From: a virus
Taxonomy: Duplodnaviria > Caudoviricetes
Reading direction: 5' to 3' (one strand)
Length of the DNA stretch: 46,014 nucleotides
Virus record (IMG/VR): IMGVR_UViG_3300048851_000104
Location: 1-46,014 of that record
Shown here: positions 26,988 to 34,969 of the stretch, one piece after another
Layout: each line of letters begins with the position of its first letter
Position numbering within the stretch: position 1 is the first letter of the stretch
Position numbers and translations under genes: made by a program
Notes under the pieces: model-generated
The model's input: the letters and a program-made list of their open reading frames with translations, nothing else
Databases searched by the model: none
What the model was told of the DNA's origin: nothing

Positions 26988-27209
26988 ATGCAAACCATCC
27001 ACGCACCAGCCGGTCTTACCATATTCCGGCCCGACTCCCGCAACGGCTCAAAGGATTTCTTCATCGACCGCGAACAGGCAAAAAAGTTGTTCGCCGAGGG
27101 CGTTATATATGGAGACGCCACGAACGGCGGCTACATGCCCAGCCCCAAAACGCCGCACAATTTCAAAGCCCTCTATCAGGTTGTGCCGAAAAAGCGCAAA
27201 TCTCGTTGA
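26988..27209 (+). CDS. Hypothetical early protein (73 aa)
   Basis: GGAG RBS before ATG 26988 (MQTIHAP...). Confidence 0.75.
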   Translation: MQTIHAPAGLTIFRPDSRNGSKDFFIDREQAKKLFAEGVIYGDATNGGYMPSPKTPHNFKALYQVVPKKRKSR

Positions 27210-27234
27210 CATTCCGCAGCGGGCGCACTACGGT
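27206..27234 (+). promoter_or_regulatory. Candidate promoter TTGACA-17-TACGGT
   Basis: Perfect -35 box, correct spacing, intergenic position. Confidence 0.5.
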
Positions 27235-27279
27235 GCGCTCATTGAGTAATGTCGCTCACCCCAACCTTCGGAGTCGCAA

Positions 27280-27381
27280 ATGCGCACCGCACTTTCCTAC
27301 CTCTACGATGCCGCCGTCATGGCCCTCGAGGCCGCGGTCCTCACCGCCTTCCTCGCAACCCTTTTCGTATGGCTGGTGTGA
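27280..27381 (+). CDS. 33-aa hydrophobic membrane peptide (not in the ORF track)
   Basis: GGAG RBS; MRTALSYLYDAAVMALEAAVLTAFLATLFVWLV; next ATG follows 1 nt after the stop. Confidence 0.65.
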   Translation: MRTALSYLYDAAVMALEAAVLTAFLATLFVWLV

Positions 27382-27382
27382 C

Positions 27383-27640
27383 ATGAGCAGTCTTTCCGAC
27401 TACAGCGATATGATCTCACGACTGGGGGATGAGCGCCGAGTTAAAGAAGCCCGGCTGGTAGAAAATCTAACCAACGAACTTCCTGAGTGGTCGGCCAAAT
27501 TGACCGGCTACGGAATTGAAGAGTTGTTTGATCTGTATGATCAGGCGCTTGTCGGCGGCATCTCAAATCCTCGTATTCTCGCAGTATTGATGACTCGTAA
27601 AGGGCTCATCCGAGATGAGATTATTCGGAGGACAAAATAA
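27383..27640 (+). CDS. Hypothetical protein
   Basis: MSSLSDYSDM... portion of the track ORF; TAATG-coupled to the next gene. Confidence 0.65.
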   Translation: MSSLSDYSDMISRLGDERRVKEARLVENLTNELPEWSAKLTGYGIEELFDLYDQALVGGISNPRILAVLMTRKGLIRDEIIRRTK

Positions 27641-27966
27641 TGCCCGTCGATATCGCCCAGCTCCCCCTCTACATCGAGCGCGTCACCAAAGCCATGCGCG
27701 ACAAACGTGCCCAGGCGGATATGATCTCCCCCGAGGACCAGAAGCTCATGAAGGAGCGCCGCATGGCCCAGATCGACGCCCTCTCCCCCGAGCTTCGGGC
27801 CCTCGTCCACGAGTACGGCTGGCTCGTGGTCCGCAAGTACGTCGCCGCAGGCATGTCCCCCAAGGCCATCAAGTTCTCGATAGAAAAGAACTTCGAGGAT
27901 TGGCGGAAGCTGCAAGAGCAGCGGGACTACGAAGCGGCCCTCGCAACGCTGGAGTTGGAACTATGA
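27640..27966 (+). CDS. Hypothetical protein, ends LELEL
   Basis: GGAGG RBS; coupled at both ends. Confidence 0.8.
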   Translation: MPVDIAQLPLYIERVTKAMRDKRAQADMISPEDQKLMKERRMAQIDALSPELRALVHEYGWLVVRKYVAAGMSPKAIKFSIEKNFEDWRKLQEQRDYEAALATLELEL

Positions 27967-28160
27967 ACGCACTGCGCGAAGCGTATCTCGGGTTTTACGA
28001 GAACGAACTCGAGCATCTCAGCCCCGAGGCCCGCACCGGTGAGGTACGGAAGCTCATTGCGGCACACAAGCCCAAAGAGCGCCTCGCCGTGTACCTCATG
28101 TGGAACGGCATCTATGGCTACACCGACCAGATTTTCGCAATCGCAACGGGAGAACACTGA
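27963..28160 (+). CDS. Hypothetical protein
   Basis: ATGA overlap; MNALREAY... Confidence 0.75.
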   Translation: MNALREAYLGFYENELEHLSPEARTGEVRKLIAAHKPKERLAVYLMWNGIYGYTDQIFAIATGEH

Positions 28161-28411
28161 TGTCCACTCTCAATCACCTCCTCGCAGTCACCGGCCCGAT
28201 GACTAACGAACTCGCCGACGAGATCAAGTATCATTTCATCCGCCACGAGTCCCAGGAAGTCATCGCCCTGGCCCAAGAATTCCAGCGCCTCGCACAGAAG
28301 GCGCCGGAAGGCAATTTCGTGCCTGCCCCGAATTACATCCGTCAGGCGATGGCCTGCAAAGACTTCGAGCAGGCCCGCCGACTCACCAACGCAATCGAGG
28401 CACTTTCGTGA
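28160..28411 (+). CDS. Hypothetical protein
   Basis: TGATG coupling, GGAG RBS; MSTLNHLL... Confidence 0.75.
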   Translation: MSTLNHLLAVTGPMTNELADEIKYHFIRHESQEVIALAQEFQRLAQKAPEGNFVPAPNYIRQAMACKDFEQARRLTNAIEALS

Positions 28412-28695
28412 TGTCGCCGGAACTCAAAGAAGTCCTTCGCGAGTGGTACGAGGACGCCACATCCGAAAATCCCTCAGCTAGGGTAAAGGAGTACGGCCTT
28501 TGCAGTTACGCTGAGGATTTCGGTGGAAGGCGTCTCGAAGATGAGCTTTCATCGACACTTTACGTAAGTACAGGGAATGCATCCTTCCCGTTCGATCTTG
28601 GCCCAGTTGAATATTGGGCCGACCGGAACAAACACCTCAACCCCCGCCGCCTCGCATGGGTGCGCAGCATGATTGGAGAGCCCAATGCTGACTAA
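28408..28695 (+). CDS. Hypothetical protein
   Basis: Coupled to the upstream stop; part of a contiguous operon. Confidence 0.7.
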   Translation: MMSPELKEVLREWYEDATSENPSARVKEYGLCSYAEDFGGRRLEDELSSTLYVSTGNASFPFDLGPVEYWADRNKHLNPRRLAWVRSMIGEPNAD

Positions 28696-29038
28696 GCAGG
28701 AAATCTTCACCAAGGTATATGTGGCCCTGCGCGAGCGGGGCTTCACTCGTGCGGTGCTCGAGGAGAACAACGTGACCGTGTGCGCCTATCGCGGGGATGT
28801 CGGCCCGTGCGCAGTCGGCATTCTTATGACCGATGAGGAATACAGCCCGGCCTTCGAGGGAAAAAAAGGCCGCAATCTAATACCACATATCGCGGCACTC
28901 GAGGGATATGATACTCGGGAAGGCCGCATGTTCGTTAGCCAACTTCAGAGCGCCCACGACAGCGGCGTCCATCCGGAAGGGATGCAATGGCTTCTTTCCG
29001 CGATGGCCGACCGCTACGACCTCGAAGTGCCCGCATGA
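28685..29038 (+). CDS. Hypothetical protein (CAYRG..CAVG..LQSAHD motif, possibly metal-binding)
   Basis: GGAG RBS before MLTKQEIF; Cys/His pattern. Confidence 0.8.
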   Translation: MLTKQEIFTKVYVALRERGFTRAVLEENNVTVCAYRGDVGPCAVGILMTDEEYSPAFEGKKGRNLIPHIAALEGYDTREGRMFVSQLQSAHDSGVHPEGMQWLLSAMADRYDLEVPA

Positions 29039-29235
29039 ACATCACCCTCCAGCGCCTCGGCGTCTCCACCCGCGAGATCGCCTACGACAACCAGACCGTC
29101 GCGGTCGCCCGCATCCTACAGGCTGCGGCCCAGGGCCGGCCCATCCGTCAACCCTCGAGCGTCTTCCTCGCACAGGCCCACGCCCTCAACAGCAACCCGC
29201 GCCTCGCCGCGCTTCTTAAGGAGTACGTTCGATGA
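29035..29235 (+). CDS. Hypothetical protein
   Basis: ATGA overlaps at both ends. Confidence 0.7.
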   Translation: MNITLQRLGVSTREIAYDNQTVAVARILQAAAQGRPIRQPSSVFLAQAHALNSNPRLAALLKEYVR

Positions 29236-29432
29236 AGGTTCGTTGCATCAGGGCCGGGGCGGACGTTGCCTATCTCACCGCCGGCAAAATCTACGAGGCC
29301 TATGACATCAACGAAATGTCGTTCCTCGTCCATGACAACGACGGCGACGAGCTTTATTGCCTCTGGGAAAGCTGTTTCCACGCAGAATGGGAGCGCCTCG
29401 AAAGCACTGAAGTTACGGAGAGTAACACGTGA
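29232..29432 (+). CDS. Small beta-barrel-like hypothetical protein
   Basis: AAGGAG RBS; MKVRCI...LTAGKIYE...DNDGD pattern common in phage small proteins. Confidence 0.75.
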   Translation: MKVRCIRAGADVAYLTAGKIYEAYDINEMSFLVHDNDGDELYCLWESCFHAEWERLESTEVTESNT

Positions 29433-29666
29433 GGGGCCCCGACCGGGCGGGCGTTCACGCCCAGGTCGAAAAATTGGGAGGGGGAGACCCGCGCGTTACC
29501 CCAACGGGGTTGACAGACTGACCACCCCCAATCATTCCCCAGTTGGGGACAAGCCGCGGCGGGCCTGAAAGGCCCGCCGGGCGCAGGCCCCATGGGAATG
29601 GGGTGGGAAGGATGTCACCGCGAGGTCGGGCCCCGACAATTTTTGACGGGCCTCCAGTTACGGAGA
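29411..29666 (+). other. Rod-like imperfect hairpin element A containing TTGACA (Frpo/sso-like or 6S-like)
   Basis: Imperfect IR centred on 29567-29569 in a 240-bp gap; starts with AGTTACGGAGAGTAACAC and ends with AGTTACGGAGA. Confidence 0.7.
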
Positions 29667-29672
29667 AGTTTC

Positions 29673-29861
29673 ATGGGTTATTTCGTTGTATGCAAATTGG
29701 TCGAGGAAAAGCTCGACATCCCCGATCCGATCGTCAAGGAGTTCATCTTCGTGATGTCGGAAAAGCTCACGGACAAGGTGAAAGCCTGCGCCATGGCTAT
29801 TTCGGCCATGCGCATCCTCGGCTATAGGGAAGACCAATTCACCTTCGAGCTGATGAAATAA
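29673..29861 (+). CDS. Hypothetical protein (62 aa)
   Basis: GGAG RBS before MGYFVVC... Confidence 0.7.
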   Translation: MGYFVVCKLVEEKLDIPDPIVKEFIFVMSEKLTDKVKACAMAISAMRILGYREDQFTFELMK

Positions 29862-29863
29862 AA

Positions 29864-29923
29864 TTCCGAAACCGCGCAAGCGGTCCAGCGCACATAGCCC
29901 CGCGCTGCTGACGAGGAAGGCTA
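29864..29923 (+). ncRNA. Type II hammerhead ribozyme 2, with loop I / 3' tail pseudoknot
   Basis: TTCC-GAAA-CCGC(GCAA)GCGG-TC-CAGCGC(ACATAGCCCC)GCGCTG-CTGACGA-GGAA-GGCTA; predicted cleavage after C29885; TAGCC pairs with GGCTA. Confidence 0.93.
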
Positions 29924-29934
29924 AGGAGACCCAC

Positions 29935-30240
29935 ATGACTGAACTCACCCCTGCCGATCACGCATTTCAGGATGCTTGCGTGGAATATCTCAAAGCCGGC
30001 TGCGAAGCGGGCGACTCGCCCCCTCAGGTATTCTACGACGCCATCGGATGCCTCGCCTCTTCGTTCGCTGCCGCGGCGGCAGCCCCCGACGTTGAACTCG
30101 AACACATTCGGGCAATGACCGCCGGAATGCTTCGCGCGGCAAACGCGGCCATCCTCGACCTCATGGGCGAGGCGACGAAGGTAAATGTCGAGGCTTCACT
30201 GGAGCAGATACTGAAGGAGCGCGACAATGCACAAGGATGA
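29935..30240 (+). CDS. Hypothetical protein
   Basis: TAAGGAG RBS directly after the ribozyme. Confidence 0.8.
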   Translation: MTELTPADHAFQDACVEYLKAGCEAGDSPPQVFYDAIGCLASSFAAAAAAPDVELEHIRAMTAGMLRAANAAILDLMGEATKVNVEASLEQILKERDNAQG

Positions 30241-31012
30241 GCGAGTAACCGACGCGATGGTCGAGGCCGGTCTGCGTATCACTCTGTCGAGTGTAGGCGT
30301 TCCGGCCGGCGAATGCCTTCATGAGACGGATGTGCGCGAGATTGTTACCGCCGCTCTCGCCTCTGCCGAGGAAGAGAAGGCGGTAGTCCCCACGGCGAAC
30401 TGCTGCATATGCGGCCGTGTCATCGACACGCGCGAGAAGTCGGAAGGCGGTGATGATTTCGGCGCTGAGACTGCCCCCGGCAAGTGGACGTGCTCGATGG
30501 AGTGCGACGACAAGGTCACGGGGTATGTCCCAGATGTGCCGGCGGTAGAGCAGGAGACGGAGTTCCTTCACCGTCTCGTTGAAAACGCATTCTCTTGGGG
30601 CAAGCAGGACTGCAACTATCTCAACCCGAAACACATCGAGGCATTTATCGCCGCGACGAGAAACGGCATGTTGCCAGAGTCTGCGGGGTCGTGGACGGCT
30701 GGCGGGCTAAGAAGCAGCCATCGCACCCACCCTCCCCGCTCCGCTCTCGTAGCCTCACCAGAGGCGAACGCTAGGGCGTGGCATCTCGGCAGCATGAACG
30801 ACGGGTTATTCATCATTGATAGTCTGCCGCGCCCGTCGAATGACTACGTATACGAGGAACGTCAAAACGGTCCATCGGTTGTTTTGAAAGTAAGCGGGCT
30901 TTCTAATGCGGACGCTCAAGCTGTCTGCGATGCCCATAACGCGGCCCTCTCCCGTAACTCCTCCACAGAGGAAACAGTAGGTGACGCCATAACAGCGAAG
31001 GGAACCCCATGA
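30227..31012 (+). CDS. Mosaic hypothetical protein with a Zn-ribbon-like segment
   Basis: AAGGAG RBS; CCICG...TCSMEC; low-complexity linkers between blocks. Confidence 0.75.
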   Translation: MHKDERVTDAMVEAGLRITLSSVGVPAGECLHETDVREIVTAALASAEEEKAVVPTANCCICGRVIDTREKSEGGDDFGAETAPGKWTCSMECDDKVTGYVPDVPAVEQETEFLHRLVENAFSWGKQDCNYLNPKHIEAFIAATRNGMLPESAGSWTAGGLRSSHRTHPPRSALVASPEANARAWHLGSMNDGLFIIDSLPRPSNDYVYEERQNGPSVVLKVSGLSNADAQAVCDAHNAALSRNSSTEETVGDAITAKGTP

Positions 31013-31320
31013 CTAACCCAACAATCTCCATCGCCCCATCCGGCAACCTCCTCGTCGAGTTCCCCTCCGTCCTCGCCGAGGGCCGATCCCACAGTGTGGA
31101 AATCCCCTTCACCCTCGCTGGCCTCAGCGCCCTCAAACGCGCCCTCGTCGCTCGGAAGGAAACGGCGGTCCCCCGCATCGGTTCCCACGCCTCCCCGGTC
31201 GCCAGTGACATCCAGAAATACCTCGCCGACCGAGCCCGCGAAGAACGCGTCGTCAGCATCCAGCACGCTCGGACGATCGAGAAGAAGTACCAAATCGAAA
31301 ACCTAGACCTGGAGCTTTAG
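31009..31320 (+). CDS. Hypothetical protein, ends LDLEL
   Basis: ATGA coupling; typical codon bias. Confidence 0.8.
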   Translation: MTNPTISIAPSGNLLVEFPSVLAEGRSHSVEIPFTLAGLSALKRALVARKETAVPRIGSHASPVASDIQKYLADRAREERVVSIQHARTIEKKYQIENLDLEL

Positions 31321-31323
31321 TCC

Positions 31324-31683
31324 GTGAAAACCATCTCCCAAGTATCAACCCAGTTCGCGCCGATCAAGGCCATCCTTGATTCGGCCCTCCTCCACGGCGG
31401 CGGGCGTTACGACGCCCCCTCCCACGGTTCCGCTGTCAACTTCCGCCAGCGTGCCTATGCATTCCGCAAAGCATACCGCGAGGCCTGCGCCCCCGGCGCA
31501 TCCCCTTACGACGCCCTCACAATCCGCAAGCTCGGCGCCGAGGACACCCATGTCATCATCGAGCCTCTCAGCCTCCCCGGAACGTTCGTCCCCGCCGACG
31601 GACCGGCCCTCGCGGTTCCCGCAGATGACGACGACCCCTTCCTCGAAGAAGCCCTTCGCCTCAAACAGGACCTCGGCCTTTGA
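31324..31683 (+). CDS. Hypothetical protein, ends QDLGL
   Basis: Contiguous operon; typical codon bias. Confidence 0.8.
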   Translation: MKTISQVSTQFAPIKAILDSALLHGGGRYDAPSHGSAVNFRQRAYAFRKAYREACAPGASPYDALTIRKLGAEDTHVIIEPLSLPGTFVPADGPALAVPADDDDPFLEEALRLKQDLGL

Positions 31684-31958
31684 ACACCTACACCATCAAT
31701 CTCCCCGATAACGTGGCGCTCAGTTCCGTCCACCGGTTCGCCCCGTCGAGCGGTAACCACGTACACCACTGGTCCGTTTCGGTCCGCCCGACCGAGGACC
31801 AACCTCGGTCCGCATATTGTTGGGGTACGGCCCGCCATACCGATCTCCAGCAAGCGGCCGACATGGCCGCGGCTAACCTCCAAGCCGCAATCGACAACCT
31901 GGATAAAATCCACACTCTCGCCCCGAAGATGTCCATCGACATCGACCTCGACCTCTAG
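31680..31958 (+). CDS. Hypothetical protein, ends DIDLDL
   Basis: TTGA overlap with the upstream stop. Confidence 0.7.
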   Translation: MNTYTINLPDNVALSSVHRFAPSSGNHVHHWSVSVRPTEDQPRSAYCWGTARHTDLQQAADMAAANLQAAIDNLDKIHTLAPKMSIDIDLDL

Positions 31959-31967
31959 GAGACTCCC

Positions 31968-32363
31968 ATGGACTCGCATGAAATTCAACAGCAACTCGAC
32001 ACCGCAGTCCGTCGCCTTCTCGACAAGGGTGTCGGGCAGCCCTCTGTCACTCTCCAATTCCGATCGGAAGGCGAATGCCTGGCCCAGGTCTGCTTCTACG
32101 AGGCGGGCGAGTACGAGGTCAAGAGCTTCTGGGCCCCCGAGCCGGGCGTCGCACTGAACCAGGTATGGAACCTGATCCGCGAGATGCCCGACCTCGCCGA
32201 GCGCGAACGCACCCTTTACCTGAAGAAGGTCGCCGAAGCCGTCGAGTACGGCCGCAAGGTCGGCGTTGACCAGGCCCTCATCAACCCGCTGCTCGAGCAG
32301 ATGAAGAAACTTTCCTCGAACATCATCGAGCACAAGCCCTCGCTCGACGACATCCCCTTCTGA
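31968..32363 (+). CDS. Hypothetical protein with SSB-like C-terminal tail LDDIPF
   Basis: AGGAG RBS; terminal DDIPF. Confidence 0.85.
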   Translation: MDSHEIQQQLDTAVRRLLDKGVGQPSVTLQFRSEGECLAQVCFYEAGEYEVKSFWAPEPGVALNQVWNLIREMPDLAERERTLYLKKVAEAVEYGRKVGVDQALINPLLEQMKKLSSNIIEHKPSLDDIPF

Positions 32364-33661
32364 TGGCTCGCCGGCGCCCCCCCAACGCTCCCCGCTCGCC
32401 GTATGATCCGCGGGCGAAGGAGTCCAAAATTAAAACTACCACTTGGTACTCCCCCGAGGGTATTTGCAACTGCGCCATATGTCGCGCCGAACGAGGTGAA
32501 GATATGAACGATCCCAAGAATTTCAGCGTACAAGAGCTGTACGAAAAGATGATAAGACAAGAGTCAGTCCGACTTCGAGTACCCCCGCAGTTCATCAACC
32601 CCGAGGGTATTGGCCGCACCGCCGCCGGTCGCGACAAGGTCGAGCGCTTCATCCTCCAGTACAACCACGAAGTCGCCTGGGACGACGTCATCGGCAACGA
32701 CCGTGCCCGCGAAGCCCTGCTCGAGGCCATCGAAGCGCCGACCAAGCACCGCGCCCTCTACGAGTTCTACGGCATGAAGCCTCTCAAGGGCGTCATGCTC
32801 TACGGCCCTCCCGGCTGCGGCAAGACCATGTTCGCCAAGGCGGCGGCCTCCGCAATCTCCCGCATCCACGGAACGAAGGCCGAGTGCCTTGTCGTCAACG
32901 GCCCCGAGATCAACTCGAAGTGGTGGGGCGAGACCGAGGAGAACCTCCGCAACATCTTCACCTACGCTCGCAACTACGCCAAGCTCCACAACCACCCGCT
33001 CGTCGTCTTCTTTGACGAGGCCGACACCCTCTTCCCCGACCGCAATCGTGGCGGTACGTTCCGCCCGAACGAGGCGACCATAGCACAGATGCTCACCGAA
33101 CTTGACGGCATGAACGAGCTCGGCGCCTTCGTCATCCTCGCGACGAACCGCCCCGAGGTCATGGACGAGGCCCTCCTCCGCGACGGGCGCATTGACCTCA
33201 AGATCAAGGTCGAGCGCCCAACGAAGGTGGCCGCCGCCCAAATCCTCTACAAGGTCCTGGAGGATATACCTTCCGAAACCCGCCTCGACGACCTCGTCTT
33301 CGCCGCCGTCGAAGCATTCCACGACCCCGCCTACGTCATCCACGAGGGGCGCATCCTCATCGGGGAGAACAACGAGATCGTGAAGGACATCGCCCAGAAC
33401 TTCTGCCTCGAGCACGTAATCAACGGCGCCATGCTCACCGGTATCGCCGGCAGGGCGAAGTCGCGGGCGTTCAAGCGCGACCTCGTCTCCGGTTCCCAAA
33501 CGGGCGTTAAGGTCCAGGACATTCTCGACGCCATTCGCGAGGTCTACGAGGAGACCAAGTTGATGAACCATCAGTACGCCATTCAGGAGTTCGTCGAAAA
33601 ACTCCGGCCGATGGCCGAGGCCCTCGCCGAGCAGCCGAAGAAGAAAGGAAACCTGCAGTGA
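32363..33661 (+). CDS. Classic-clade AAA+ ATPase (CDC48/ARC-like); alternative start at 32504
   Basis: GPPGCGKT, pore loop KWWGE, VFFDEAD, SRH ATNRPEVMDEALLRDGRID. Confidence 0.92.
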   Translation: MARRRPPNAPRSPYDPRAKESKIKTTTWYSPEGICNCAICRAERGEDMNDPKNFSVQELYEKMIRQESVRLRVPPQFINPEGIGRTAAGRDKVERFILQYNHEVAWDDVIGNDRAREALLEAIEAPTKHRALYEFYGMKPLKGVMLYGPPGCGKTMFAKAAASAISRIHGTKAECLVVNGPEINSKWWGETEENLRNIFTYARNYAKLHNHPLVVFFDEADTLFPDRNRGGTFRPNEATIAQMLTELDGMNELGAFVILATNRPEVMDEALLRDGRIDLKIKVERPTKVAAAQILYKVLEDIPSETRLDDLVFAAVEAFHDPAYVIHEGRILIGENNEIVKDIAQNFCLEHVINGAMLTGIAGRAKSRAFKRDLVSGSQTGVKVQDILDAIREVYEETKLMNHQYAIQEFVEKLRPMAEALAEQPKKKGNLQ

Positions 33662-33855
33662 AATACATCCTTCTCGCCCGCGACTACACCGGCCCCGGCA
33701 CCGAGCACTACTTCATGGGCTCGGGCATGTGGTCCAGCGAAGTCGCCGACGCCCACCACTTCGCCTCCAAAAGCGACGCCGCGGAAGCACTCAGCTATTC
33801 CGCGTTTCGCACCATCGCGCAGATCATCGAGGTCCCTGATGCCCAGGAAGAATAA
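33658..33855 (+). CDS. Hypothetical protein (similar to 41505..41693)
   Basis: GTGA overlap; AAAGGA RBS. Confidence 0.75.
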   Translation: MKYILLARDYTGPGTEHYFMGSGMWSSEVADAHHFASKSDAAEALSYSAFRTIAQIIEVPDAQEE

Positions 33856-34063
33856 CCGCAGCCCGCTGGACGAGGGCGAAATCGCCCGCCGGAAAGTCTG
33901 GAAGCACAACAGCTATTTCGGCCACGCCCGCATGATGCAGGCGCAGTGCGAAAACATCATCCACTCCCCGACCACCACCGAGGCGGCGAAAGAGACCGCC
34001 CGCCGCATCCAGATGCTCACCGTACTGCTTACGCAGAACCTCAAGGAAAGGGTCGACAAATGA
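33839..34063 (+). CDS. Hypothetical protein
   Basis: GAGGT RBS; contiguous operon. Confidence 0.75.
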   Translation: MPRKNNRSPLDEGEIARRKVWKHNSYFGHARMMQAQCENIIHSPTTTEAAKETARRIQMLTVLLTQNLKERVDK

Positions 34064-34344
34064 TCGAACTCACCAAATACATTCCGCCGACATCCGGCGG
34101 GCGTTTCACCACTCGTAAAATTTGGATAAATCCCAAACTTATCGCATACATGGAGCCCGGCAAGGTGATTTTCGCTCGAGCAAAATCTGGCGAACAAAGT
34201 TTGGACATGATCCCTGTCGTCTTCATCACATTCGCCGAGAAGGAGATCGACATTACCGTCACCAACACCCCGGAGGACATCCTCAAGACCATCCACTACT
34301 GGAACATCGACAACACCCCAGGCTACAAAGGACTGCACGAATGA
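34060..34344 (+). CDS. Hypothetical protein (IWINP..I motif, FlbD-like pattern)
   Basis: ATGA coupling; MIELT...KIWINPKLIAYMEP...VTNTPEDI. Confidence 0.7.
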   Translation: MIELTKYIPPTSGGRFTTRKIWINPKLIAYMEPGKVIFARAKSGEQSLDMIPVVFITFAEKEIDITVTNTPEDILKTIHYWNIDNTPGYKGLHE

Positions 34345-34547
34345 GAACCTTCTTCGTAGAATTCACCCACAAGTCCTCGAAGGTAGAAACTACCCACGCG
34401 GCAAAATTCGAAGCGGAGTCGATGGACGCCGCTATGAAAATCATGAAGGCCTTTGCGAAAGGTGCCTCGTATTCCGGCGCCGAAGTCGAGGTCACCTCCC
34501 TCGCCGCGTTCAAGACTCGCGGGCGTGAATATGAGGTGCTGGTATGA
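34341..34547 (+). CDS. Hypothetical protein
   Basis: ATGA coupling at both ends. Confidence 0.75.
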   Translation: MRTFFVEFTHKSSKVETTHAAKFEAESMDAAMKIMKAFAKGASYSGAEVEVTSLAAFKTRGREYEVLV

Positions 34548-34969
34548 AGTTCGCCGTCACTACCTACCCCGGCTGGAACGAAGCCGGTAAAGGCCAGCAC
34601 TCAACTGAGCTGGTCTGCAGCGTAACCGGAACGGAGGGCGCCATGGTCTGGCGCCTTTCCACCGGGATGATCCCTGCCGGGCCCTACCCCTCAAACGACA
34701 AGTACTCCAATCTCCTCGAGAAGGTAAACAAAACCTTCCCCTCGTCGATGGGACTCGCAGCACACAGCGAACTTTCGATGAAGAACGCAAGCACGAGTAA
34801 CTATTCGATAACGGATTCTTGCGAGTTTCTTGAAGGCCGCGCTTGCGTTTGCGACCTTTCTCGAAACCTCACCTCCGACTTCACCCAGGCCTTCGCCTGC
34901 GAAGGTTTCGAGGGCGTACGCAAGCTTCTCGAAACCGAATACATCGCGCACTACGGAAAGGACTCGTGA
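34544..34969 (+). CDS. Hypothetical protein with Cys cluster (CEFLEGRACVCD)
   Basis: GAGGT RBS; coupled. Confidence 0.75.
   Translation: MKFAVTTYPGWNEAGKGQHSTELVCSVTGTEGAMVWRLSTGMIPAGPYPSNDKYSNLLEKVNKTFPSSMGLAAHSELSMKNASTSNYSITDSCEFLEGRACVCDLSRNLTSDFTQAFACEGFEGVRKLLETEYIAHYGKDS

Noticed and set aside
24982-27966. GC-skew switch at the putative origin
   Set aside because: Spot counts suggested the G-richness of 24982..25500 reflects its Lys/Glu content, since 36902..37396 is similar; a proper third-position skew calculation is needed.
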